DNA of 64,000 nt from an uncultured Nitrososphaerota archaeon (GTDB lineage: Archaea > Asgardarchaeota > Njordarchaeia > Njordarchaeales > Panguiarchaeaceae), in the NCBI GenBank assembly GCA_964636085.1, contig CAZWPQ010000004.1, forward strand, positions 979 through 64,978, read 5' to 3'. Under the pieces are notes generated by a model. That model was not told the origin of the DNA and ran no database searches. It worked only from the letters and a program-made list of their open reading frames with translations. Position numbers and translations under genes: made by a program. This document shows, piece by piece, positions 48,549 to 57,316 of this stretch (positions within the stretch are counted from its first letter, which is position 1; every line of letters starts with the position of its first letter).

Positions 48549-49838
48549 TTACTCTATTATGTCTATCACTATACTTTTTCTACCATCGCATCTTTTGACT
48601 ATTTTAAGCTCAATTCTCACTTTATCATTCGTTATGTTTTTGTCTTTTATTAGCATTGCCCATTCCCTGGGACTCAAATAGATGGCTTTCCCACCACCTA
48701 GATTTATCAGTCTTTTTCTCGTCCTAACAGCTATTGATCCCGCAAAGAAATAATTTCTCAGGAAATTGGCAGATATCCTCCTAAGATTTGTCTTATTATG
48801 CACATTTGACAGAATAGAGCTTATTCTTCTTAAAACCGCTCTTGCCACACAGATGTTTTCAAGGTTTTCAAATAATTCCATCTCCCTTAGAAATGATTTA
48901 AGATATCTGAGTAGACTATTTAACGTGTTCTTCTCTTTGTCCCCCTTGGTTATACCCGATAGTATCTTTATTACCTTTCTTACTTCTGCACGATCTATCG
49001 GTTGTCCTGTAAGTAACTTGTTTGCGACCTCTAATATATCCTTGACGACACTAGTAAATGTTGGATCGTCTATAAGATGTGCAAGATCCTTTAGCAGTTT
49101 AGCTATAAAGTCCTTTGTTAATGGCCGCATGTATTGGCTTGGTTGGTAGCAATAATCTATAATTTGATTCTGACCACCATATATGTCATTATCAAACATA
49201 TATCGAGATGCTTTATGGAACACAATAAGCCTCATTATCTTAGGGGGGACATAAATATTGTCTTTATCCCACTCACTGGAATAGTATTCGCCTTTGTCGT
49301 TGGGTAATGTGAAGAAAGGATATGTCAATATCTTGTTTAGGTTTTCAAGCGTATCCTTTATCTCTGGCTTATAGGAAACAAGCAGAACAAAGAATCTGAG
49401 GTAATCATCTGACATCGGCAGAAGGAAATACTCCCTTATGGAGTACTCTGGTATATTCCGGCATGTCAATGAGAATAGATGGCCCGTTACATCTATTGTC
49501 TCGTTTTTGTCTATTATTTCCTCCTCTGGTAATCTAATCATTAGGTTCGTTGTTTTTTCCATGAAGTTAAGATCCACTTTAAGCTCGATATCTCCGTATC
49601 CTTTTGCCTTTATGAAATTTGTTATTGCTCTCTGCGCGGCATGTTCTATAAGTCTCCTAAGTCTAGCACTAATCCTTCTGAAGGAGAAGAATGTAAGAAG
49701 ATTCTCGATTCCTATTTTCTCTTCCTGATATAGAATTCTAATTGGACTTTTAACAACAATATTATCAGGATTTATCACAAATACATCAGAGCTCTGTGCC
49801 TCATCATTAGAGATCGATGTCATCGAGCTACCCCACAA
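48549..49838 (-). CDS. Hypothetical protein (orphan; possible AbrB/SpoVT-like C-terminus)
   Basis: 429-aa ORF with good coding character and no catalytic motif recognised. The C-terminal 'GGGKAIYLSPREWAMLIK...DKVRIELKIV' weakly resembles a swapped-hairpin barrel. Confidence 0.5.
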   Translation of the reverse strand: MWGSSMTSISNDEAQSSDVFVINPDNIVVKSPIRILYQEEKIGIENLLTFFSFRRISARLRRLIEHAAQRAITNFIKAKGYGDIELKVDLNFMEKTTNLMIRLPEEEIIDKNETIDVTGHLFSLTCRNIPEYSIREYFLLPMSDDYLRFFVLLVSYKPEIKDTLENLNKILTYPFFTLPNDKGEYYSSEWDKDNIYVPPKIMRLIVFHKASRYMFDNDIYGGQNQIIDYCYQPSQYMRPLTKDFIAKLLKDLAHLIDDPTFTSVVKDILEVANKLLTGQPIDRAEVRKVIKILSGITKGDKEKNTLNSLLRYLKSFLREMELFENLENICVARAVLRRISSILSNVHNKTNLRRISANFLRNYFFAGSIAVRTRKRLINLGGGKAIYLSPREWAMLIKDKNITNDKVRIELKIVKRCDGRKSIVIDIIE

Positions 49839-49974
49839 GCGAACAGGGAAAAACTAAATCCTATAGCCCTAAAAATAGAATTACATTTTTTAAAGGAATG
49901 GAAATACGATGTTACATTAAAACACTATTCAATCAACATCCATGTCTACAAGTCACAGATAGGGATTTTGAATT

Positions 49975-50448
49975 TTAGGATATACCAACAAATAAAAATA
50001 TTATAAGCGCCGTTGTACAAAGAAAAGCTTCTAAGAAAAGGAAAAACTTGTGCCCGAGATATTCTTTCGTGAAGTCAACTATTGAGTTTTTTCTTGGGTT
50101 TAAAATGGAGTTCTTCGCTATGAGGCGGGGGCCCCATAGCTTTGTCGATAATGGATAGAATACATATACGCCCCAGTCAAGTGAGTCAAGCAATATATGG
50201 ACTATTGCAAAGATGCATGTCCAGTAGTATGGTATGTCTAGCAAAAATCCAATTAATAGGGCTGGTAGCCAAAGAGCAAGACTATGTAGTATGGATAATC
50301 TATGCATTGAGCCGAGGAAAATCGCATCAGCATCTATAAGAACCCCCATCACTATGGCCAGCAACAGCGAATTTACTCCATCCCCAAATAGCCTTACCAG
50401 TATTATCCACAGAATATATGTGGCCGCCAGATGTGATGTTGGGAGCAT
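49975..50448 (-). CDS. DUF457/YdjM-like membrane-bound metal-dependent hydrolase
   Basis: 157 aa with 4-5 TM segments. The N-terminal 'SH', 'LIDADAIF' and 'HRLSILHS' motifs are characteristic of PF04307-type proteins. Its start overlaps the EVE gene stop (TAATG). Confidence 0.5.
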   Translation of the reverse strand: MLPTSHLAATYILWIILVRLFGDGVNSLLLAIVMGVLIDADAIFLGSMHRLSILHSLALWLPALLIGFLLDIPYYWTCIFAIVHILLDSLDWGVYVFYPLSTKLWGPRLIAKNSILNPRKNSIVDFTKEYLGHKFFLFLEAFLCTTALIIFLFVGIS

Positions 50449-50879
50449 TATTTACCCATAGCTACTATTTTTTCATAATCATTCTTAGGGATCTCAAACA
50501 TTGCTCTCCTAAAGTATACGGTCCAGAATTTCTTGTTTCTAACAAAGCTCATTTCATCAACAATATCTTTGAAATATATTGGACTAGAAAATATCTTGAT
50601 GGGTTTTATGTCTATCCTATATGGAAATGTTCGGCCTTTATAACTTTTGAAGATGGGCTTTTCATCATAGTACGGCTTTGATACCACTTCAAATACCCCA
50701 ATAATTCTAGATGGAATCACATCCTTATCCTTTCTAGATTGGATGACATATATAATGATCTTATCCCCTGGAGAGACCTTGTTAATCGTATTTTTGGCCC
50801 TGACGGGAACCCCCCAAACATTCTTATCCCTGATTATATGCCAGTTTTCTTCCGTCGTAACACACATCCAATACTTCAT
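50448..50879 (-). CDS. EVE/PUA-like domain protein
   Basis: 143 aa. 'YWMCVTTEENWHIIRDKNVWGVP...VSPGDKIIIYV...IIGVFEVVSKPYYD...FPYRIDIKPIKI' closely follows the pattern of small archaeal EVE/PUA-like proteins, as I recall it from the Pyrococcus PH1033-type family. Confidence 0.7.
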   Translation of the reverse strand: MKYWMCVTTEENWHIIRDKNVWGVPVRAKNTINKVSPGDKIIIYVIQSRKDKDVIPSRIIGVFEVVSKPYYDEKPIFKSYKGRTFPYRIDIKPIKIFSSPIYFKDIVDEMSFVRNKKFWTVYFRRAMFEIPKNDYEKIVAMGK

Positions 50880-51038
50880 CCACCACCACCCTACACAATA
50901 GTTTTAAAATTTGTTAAAAAAGAAATAATGCATATTTCCATCAGCAATCCTTTCCCCACCAAATAATGACGAGAATATTTCATGTATATTTAAGGGCGCT
51001 GGACTCTTGTCCCCCCACATTTGGAGAATTTGTGTGGG

Positions 51039-51884
51039 CTATGAGGGAGCACTCACATACTTAACCCATGTTTCGCAGGATATTTCAGGTATCTTGGATA
51101 TGTTATCTCTATCTATTCTCGCCAGATTTTCAGCAATTAGTCTGATACGGGAAATAACAATAGAAGGCACACCGTATTTTGTTTCTATGGTTTTCTCGTC
51201 TATGTACCCTAGGGCCACTGCCAATGCTATTGTTGATATATTCTCAACATTCCTATTTAGGATGCTCCTCACGAGATATCCCAGCCCTTGATCCCATATT
51301 AATTTTAGCATTGGTATACTAACGGCTTTACAAGACCTTAATGCATTAAATCTAAGCAATTTTTCCTCAATTACCCTATAATTCTCACCTCTAAGAAACC
51401 TAGATATGGCATAGTCCTCAAATTTTGAATACAGGGCTTGAAACCTTGGACTTTTCATGTTTGCAGGCGGATTTATCCCCATTTTGTCTAGCTGATAATG
51501 ACCCAGTTCATGCAGAATCGAATAATACAATGTCTCGATGGGGGTCAGACCCGCACATATCTTATATATGACAAGACATTCAACAAACTTCTCTGTATCC
51601 ACGTGTATCAAATTTCTAGACTTTGTATATATTATTGGCGATCTGACAGCAATATTATTAATGTATGTAATTTCCGGAATCTTCATGTCAATAATCCCCT
51701 CCATTTTGTATAGGACACTGTCTATGACTCTCATAAGCAGAGATGATGCTTTCTCTTTTTCTCCTCTGTCGGATCGACTCAGAACTTCTAATAGCTCCTG
51801 CTCTACGTTACTGTTTATGATTTCCTTCCACAGCCTAGCCTCATCCTTCTCCATAGAAACTCCTACGCATACATATATTCTCAC
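51039..51884 (-). CDS. HExxH protein, ImmA/IrrE-like putative zinc metallopeptidase
   Basis: 281 aa. 'YYSILHELGHYQLD' is an HExxH in ImmA/IrrE-like context. A possible HTH-like segment 'IDEKTIETKYGVPSIVISRIRLIAENL' lies near the C-terminus. The likely start is M11 (51854). Confidence 0.45.
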   Translation of the reverse strand: MRIYVCVGVSMEKDEARLWKEIINSNVEQELLEVLSRSDRGEKEKASSLLMRVIDSVLYKMEGIIDMKIPEITYINNIAVRSPIIYTKSRNLIHVDTEKFVECLVIYKICAGLTPIETLYYSILHELGHYQLDKMGINPPANMKSPRFQALYSKFEDYAISRFLRGENYRVIEEKLLRFNALRSCKAVSIPMLKLIWDQGLGYLVRSILNRNVENISTIALAVALGYIDEKTIETKYGVPSIVISRIRLIAENLARIDRDNISKIPEISCETWVKYVSAPS

Positions 51885-51948
51885 AACGCTAATTAAAGTA
51901 TTATTTCAGTTATATTTTTAATGGTGATGAATTATTACGCGACCCATC

Positions 51949-52845
51949 GTGCTGGATAGGGACACCAATTACTATCTGATACTTGTGTTTATAGTATCCT
52001 ACATTGTCGAATATGTAATCATTATAGAGTATCTATCAGGAAACTTTGCATGGACATACATACTGCTTCTGTTTCTCATGTATATTCCAGCATTGTGCAC
52101 TTCTATTATAGCAGTACTGCTTAGAGGAGAAAATCTTTCAAAGTATGGCATCGATGTTGGTAGTCTAAGATTGGCCCCCCTAGCATACATATACCCACTA
52201 GCAATGATCCTAATCGCAGCGATGATTATGGATCTACTTGGTTTTCCAATAGACTGGGGTTTCGCCCAATTGAAGAGAGATCTGTATAGTGCTGCGCTAG
52301 AGCGAAATACTACGCCCGATGAACTTGCCGCAACATTGATATTCAACAGTTTTATTGCGCCATTCTTCAATATGATCTTCGCCGTGGGCGAAGAGGTTGG
52401 GTGGAGAGGGTATCTCTTGGACAAGTTAATGGAGAGAAATTCCCTAGAAAAGTCTCTCTTATTTGTTGGTTTTATATGGGCAATTTGGCATGCACCACTG
52501 ATAATATTCATTGGATATGACTACAAAACACTTAGGATTCGTGGATTGCTCCTCTTTATACCATTCTGCATATCCCAAGGCACAATTCTTGCATGGTTCA
52601 AGTATAAGAGCAAGGGTATCATCTTACCCGCCCTGGGACATGGAGCCATTAATGCATTCAGTTTCATAGGAAACTATCTCTATCCAGGTGATGATGTTCT
52701 TTCGCTTGTCCTTGGAATACCTGGTGTCCTCATAAGTAGCGTGTTTGGGCTTTTAGCATATATGAACCTAAGAAAAGAAGTTTTCAGAAAAAACAAGGAG
52801 GAGGAGGAGCAGGCCCCAGATCCTCAATCATTTACCCCATCCTAG
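51949..52845 (+). CDS. CPBP-family intramembrane glutamic endopeptidase (CAAX protease/Abi-like)
   Basis: 298 aa, polytopic. Motif 1 is 'GEEVGWRGYL' (EExxxR). Motif 2 is 'WAIWH'. Motif 3 is 'HGAINAF' (HxxxN). Confidence 0.8.
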   Translation: MLDRDTNYYLILVFIVSYIVEYVIIIEYLSGNFAWTYILLLFLMYIPALCTSIIAVLLRGENLSKYGIDVGSLRLAPLAYIYPLAMILIAAMIMDLLGFPIDWGFAQLKRDLYSAALERNTTPDELAATLIFNSFIAPFFNMIFAVGEEVGWRGYLLDKLMERNSLEKSLLFVGFIWAIWHAPLIIFIGYDYKTLRIRGLLLFIPFCISQGTILAWFKYKSKGIILPALGHGAINAFSFIGNYLYPGDDVLSLVLGIPGVLISSVFGLLAYMNLRKEVFRKNKEEEEQAPDPQSFTPS

Positions 52846-54028
52846 GGACATATTTCTTCTGTAGGTCGGCCAATTCAAGCAATAGGTCGACTTCCTCGAT
52901 CTCCAGCCCCTTTAGCAGTTTTGATAACGTATGGGCCGTGGATCTTATCATTATTTTCCTTGTAAGCTCATAGATTATGTTCGATATAGCAGTGTATCTG
53001 TCTACTACATCTAGGATGTATGGACATGCCGTATGTGAAGAATTTTCATTTATCCAACCCAAGATATCCCTAAAGCCTATTCCTCCGTAATCCAATATTT
53101 CAAGTCTTACCACATGCCTCGATCTTTTTGGTTTTATGAATACTACGTACACATCCCGTATCCATGGATTACTATCTACAAACTCATCAAATGCTGCCTT
53201 TCTCCCAATCTCTAACAGTGCATCAATTATAACTGATGACGTACCTAATTTTCCAATACTCATGGCTTCTCCCGGATTCAGGAGTAGTGTTGCTAATGCT
53301 TTATCGTTGACCCTCTTCAAGGCCTTAACCTCTCTCTGTTTAAGGCCAGACAGGTATCCCCCATCTAGAAGATGCTTCACTATCCCCCTACCAATGAAGT
53401 GTGTTCTCACGCGCTTTATGATCCCTATAATACTCTTCCTCTTTCTTCTACTCGTTCTTATTATCCTCCTCGACATATCCAACAATTTTTGCTCTTGGGT
53501 GTAGAGGGATCTAGTGAATAATATTAATGGCCAGAGAGGAACAATAGGCCCATCAAATATCAATGTGTTCCACTTCACAGTGTCGTATTCCCCGGATTTT
53601 AGTATATCCAGAGCTATTCTCCTTTCCACAAGCTTTGATATGGCAGATTGTATCCTAGAGGTAAGCTCTTCTCTGCACCTTATAAGTACCCTCAAACCTC
53701 TGTTTATTTTTGTGTTTCTCGTCTCAACGCGTGGATATCTGACATAGCCCCCTACTACAAGGAATAGATCACCAAACACCAATGGGAGAGGAGACTTAAA
53801 TGATGAATCTATAGCATAGCATGAGACTCTATGAGGATCCACAGATATATTGTTTACATCTATTATTCTTACGTCTTCAACATAGCCATCGAGTATAAGT
53901 TTTCTTACCTGAGCAACCTTGCCCAAGATTCTGGCTACTTGTCTGCTTATTTTTCTTGCTTCAATAACCGACTTTTTTGAAATCTCTGTTATTAGCTCAG
54001 GGGTTACCTCATACTCTTCTTCCTGCAA
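52832..54028 (-). CDS. nurA: NurA-domain 5'-3' nuclease
   Basis: 398 aa. 'CYAIDSS' and 'LIFDGPIVP' match the NurA catalytic Asp motifs. It starts 1 nt after the HerA-like stop. Confidence 0.7.
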   Translation of the reverse strand: MQEEEYEVTPELITEISKKSVIEARKISRQVARILGKVAQVRKLILDGYVEDVRIIDVNNISVDPHRVSCYAIDSSFKSPLPLVFGDLFLVVGGYVRYPRVETRNTKINRGLRVLIRCREELTSRIQSAISKLVERRIALDILKSGEYDTVKWNTLIFDGPIVPLWPLILFTRSLYTQEQKLLDMSRRIIRTSRRKRKSIIGIIKRVRTHFIGRGIVKHLLDGGYLSGLKQREVKALKRVNDKALATLLLNPGEAMSIGKLGTSSVIIDALLEIGRKAAFDEFVDSNPWIRDVYVVFIKPKRSRHVVRLEILDYGGIGFRDILGWINENSSHTACPYILDVVDRYTAISNIIYELTRKIMIRSTAHTLSKLLKGLEIEEVDLLLELADLQKKYVPRMG

Positions 54029-54029
54029 A

Positions 54030-55595
54030 TTATGTTACCTCCTTAACCTCTCTGACCCTTATGGCAATAGGTTTCCTTAACGGATTCATTAGTCCCGCTA
54101 TATAGAACTCTCTAGGCATTAGCTGGGATAAGTTTGATAGTTCTATTCCAGTTATATCGGCGAATTTCTGTATTTCTCCCAAGTCTGTAGTCTGACTCAA
54201 CCGTGAGAAGAATATAGTATTTATATTTGCCCTAATATCGGTATCAATACTCCTAGCCAATCTTTGTGATGCTACGATTAGGCCAAATCTCCACTTCCTT
54301 CCCTCGCGAGCCACTCTTTCTATTTGTTCTTTACAATAACCCGTTCCCCATGCATAGTTTTGTGCTTCATCTATAACTATGACGAGATTTATCGGAGTAT
54401 ATTTCCTCTTTCCTGCTCCCTCAAGAAAGTTCTTCTCGAATATCCATCTCCAACAATACTCGATGATATCCCCAATGATTGTTCTTTTCATCTCAACGGT
54501 TTCTTCAAAGGACAGATCAATTACCAGGGGCTGTTTCCTTTTCTTCATTTCCCATGCCATTTCAAAGACCTGCTCTATAGAGTATTTTCTGCCCAGTATC
54601 ATCCCTTCCAGCACTTCTGGAAGCATAAAGTACTTCATTCTCATCCCAAGACTCCTGACGGTGTCATCCCTCGCTCCTATACTCTTCGAAATGGATTGGA
54701 GTTTTCCAGTGACTTCTCCGTGTATCTTCTTAAGCTCTTCATCTTTATCCTGTGAGGCCCTAAGACGCTCTCTAAATTCCTCAATTAGTTTGCTGATCTC
54801 GACACCAAAGAGCTCTAAATATGTCGCATAATGCTCGCTAAGCCTCAATTTTTTCCTAAAGAAATCCGCAATTCCAAGGGGACCCAGCTCTATCTCCAAT
54901 GAACTTATTGTGGAGTTTGGATAAAACGGAACATAGTCCATGCCGGTATGATCAAACACTATGACAGCGTATTCCGTCTTCTGGACTATCTCATCGATCA
55001 ATACCTTTATGAGGCGGGATTTTCCCATCCCAGTAGCCCCAAAAACCCCTATATGATACTTAATGTATTCTGGATCCAGTGGTATTTCCACATCCGTGGA
55101 ATATTTATGTGATCCAATAACTATTGGTTGAGCTGAAGATTGTATAGTCGATCCCAACAAGCGGGTTATTATGTCCCCCCTACGAACGCGATAGACTTTG
55201 CTACCTGGAAAGGGCACATAGGTCACATTTCTATTTATTCCCACGATGTGTCCCTCCTCGGTTAGGATCTCGGCTAATGGAACCAATGCAACATTCGTAT
55301 ATGCTAGCTTCTCGATTCTATCTATTGCATCGGGATATTCTTCGATCCCAACCTTAACTCTCCTTCTCAGATAGGGTTCAAGTCTATTTATCCTGCGCAT
55401 AACTCCAAGTATCATTGGTGTTTCTGGGTGTTCTTCGTCATGTATTATCATTAATTCCTCTTCTCTTATAGATATCTCAGGATGCCCCGAAAATACGGAT
55501 ATTGGGATTTCGGTGACCGACGCCTCAGACAGGACGAATCCTATAAGCTCACTGCCTTTAATATCATCTATCGGGAACATCTGTCCTTCCGACAT
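54030..55595 (-). CDS. herA: HerA-type hexameric ATPase/helicase (DUF87 family)
   Basis: 521 aa with an N-terminal HAS-barrel-like region, Walker A 'GATGMGKSRL' and Walker B 'LVIVIDEAQNY'. It is paired with NurA. Confidence 0.8.
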   Translation of the reverse strand: MSEGQMFPIDDIKGSELIGFVLSEASVTEIPISVFSGHPEISIREEELMIIHDEEHPETPMILGVMRRINRLEPYLRRRVKVGIEEYPDAIDRIEKLAYTNVALVPLAEILTEEGHIVGINRNVTYVPFPGSKVYRVRRGDIITRLLGSTIQSSAQPIVIGSHKYSTDVEIPLDPEYIKYHIGVFGATGMGKSRLIKVLIDEIVQKTEYAVIVFDHTGMDYVPFYPNSTISSLEIELGPLGIADFFRKKLRLSEHYATYLELFGVEISKLIEEFRERLRASQDKDEELKKIHGEVTGKLQSISKSIGARDDTVRSLGMRMKYFMLPEVLEGMILGRKYSIEQVFEMAWEMKKRKQPLVIDLSFEETVEMKRTIIGDIIEYCWRWIFEKNFLEGAGKRKYTPINLVIVIDEAQNYAWGTGYCKEQIERVAREGRKWRFGLIVASQRLARSIDTDIRANINTIFFSRLSQTTDLGEIQKFADITGIELSNLSQLMPREFYIAGLMNPLRKPIAIRVREVKEVT

Positions 55596-55894
55596 TTTCT
55601 ATATCCCTCATAAATATAGTTTAATAAAAATACATAATCTCATAACTTTTTAGCAGGTGGGTTCAACATAGCATTTTGGGTACAGATCCTTCATGGAGAT
55701 AGTCCTTGATCTATTCAACCCTTCAACATTTTTGGGGTGCCCTCTAGACGCTTACATCAGACTAACGTCTGGACTCTGGTACTGTGAGGCTATCGAAATT
55801 ATGGACTGATATAGACAAACAATTGGGAAAAACAAGCATTAGAGGTATATCATAACTAAATTTTCACGTACGACAGACCCTAAAAATAAGAATG

Positions 55895-57313
55895 TTAGAA
55901 TTTTATTATTCCTATTCTCATTAAGAAATTTGCTATTTTCATTGAAAGCCTGTGTCTTAGTGAAGATTTTTCTGACGATACTACGATCCCTCTTGTCTTT
56001 AAGTAGGGATATTCTCCATAACCAAAATTCTCCCTCTCTTTGCTTATGGCCTCGACGTTTCTTAGAAGATCCCTCATTGTGCCGCTTAGCATTACTTTTC
56101 TTATTGGATATGCTAATTCTCCTCCTTTTATTCTGACGGCCAATGCTGGTACAGCGAATTTCCCACTTACAGGATCTGCCTGATGTACCCCCATAACATC
56201 CTCAATTAGAAAGCCATCATCTATTCCAGAGATTATTTTTTCGAAGCTTTTTTCTTCACCTTCAAATCTCAAGAACCAAGGCATTATGTTTGGTTCTACC
56301 ATTACTGGGTCCTGGCTTCCCCACATAGAATACCTTATGGTATTAGCAGATGGTTCTATCTCTAAAGCTTTTGCGTGGTAGTAGTCATTGAGTATTGTTC
56401 TCAGTTTACCCTTCTCGACCAGATATTTCTTTTTTGCTGGAGTGCCCTCAAAATCCACTTTTGACATGAAAATTCCTTTATCATACATAGGATCATCAAT
56501 GATGGATATTTTTGGACTCAGTATTTCCTTGTCTATATCATCCTTCTTATAAGGACTCATGCCCGCTTTGATTTGAGAGGCATTAATTTGTCTCAAAAAA
56601 ATCATTAGCATCTGGAAGAGGGCTGAGGGTGAAAATATAAGTTCTGGTGCTCCCGAGTACCGTATCTCCTTACAGCCCAATATTCTTTCTGCTTTTTCTT
56701 TTATCGACTCAACAATACTTTCCATATCAATATCTCTACTCCTACTTACTGTTATTCTGAATACATAATTGGGTGGAATCTCCTTAGTCAACGCATATAT
56801 AGAGAAGAAGATGACATTACCTTTGATTATGGTATCAACACCATTCGTATTAACGATTCTATAGTGTCCCTCCACATAGCCAGATCCACATCCAATTGGA
56901 ACCACTCTTTTTATTTTGGATATTTCCTCATATATCGTCTCGTAGAACCCTAGCAGCTCTCCAAGGCTAATATCAGTTATTTCATCGCTAACAAATTCTG
57001 AAGTTATACTGCCAAAATTGGGGAACCCGGCATAATTTTCGTCGGGACCTTTCAATTCAGCACTTCGCATGGCTATCTTAATAGCTTCTCTAATTTTCTC
57101 TTCAGAAAGCTCATAGGTATAGGAGAAGCTTATGTTTTTATTTTTAGCTACTCTAAAAGCGAGTCCCTCCATGTCAGTAACTGTAGGCTTGACGATGTTT
57201 TTCTCTACGCTAATAGCTCTAGAAATGGTCCTACCATAAAAAATCTCGATCTCGTCAACACCCAACTCATTAGCTATTTCCAGAGCTCTCTTAACGATGT
57301 CCATACCTATCAC
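55895..57313 (-). CDS. pmbA: PmbA/TldE-family metalloprotease subunit
   Basis: 472 aa with TldD/PmbA-fold sequence lacking HExxxH. It lies immediately downstream (3 nt) of tldD. Confidence 0.8.
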   Translation of the reverse strand: MIGMDIVKRALEIANELGVDEIEIFYGRTISRAISVEKNIVKPTVTDMEGLAFRVAKNKNISFSYTYELSEEKIREAIKIAMRSAELKGPDENYAGFPNFGSITSEFVSDEITDISLGELLGFYETIYEEISKIKRVVPIGCGSGYVEGHYRIVNTNGVDTIIKGNVIFFSIYALTKEIPPNYVFRITVSRSRDIDMESIVESIKEKAERILGCKEIRYSGAPELIFSPSALFQMLMIFLRQINASQIKAGMSPYKKDDIDKEILSPKISIIDDPMYDKGIFMSKVDFEGTPAKKKYLVEKGKLRTILNDYYHAKALEIEPSANTIRYSMWGSQDPVMVEPNIMPWFLRFEGEEKSFEKIISGIDDGFLIEDVMGVHQADPVSGKFAVPALAVRIKGGELAYPIRKVMLSGTMRDLLRNVEAISKERENFGYGEYPYLKTRGIVVSSEKSSLRHRLSMKIANFLMRIGIIKF

Positions 57314-57316
57314 CCC

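Noticed and set aside
51921-51983. C/D-box sRNA-like string. A 'gtgatga' (C-box-like) at 51925 is followed by 'ctga' about 45 nt downstream, in the spacer between the HExxH gene and the CPBP gene.
   Set aside because: No credible D' or C' boxes at the expected 12-nt guide spacing, and no terminal stem. It also overlaps the CPBP start region.
55693-55809. 38-codon ORF (MEIVLDLFNPSTFLGCPLDAYIRLTSGLWYCEAIEIMD) and a 5-bp hairpin (agacg...cgtct) in the 300-bp spacer between herA and pmbA.
   Set aside because: No SD or TATA in a sensible position. It is too short to evaluate, and the hairpin stem is too weak to argue for a structured RNA.
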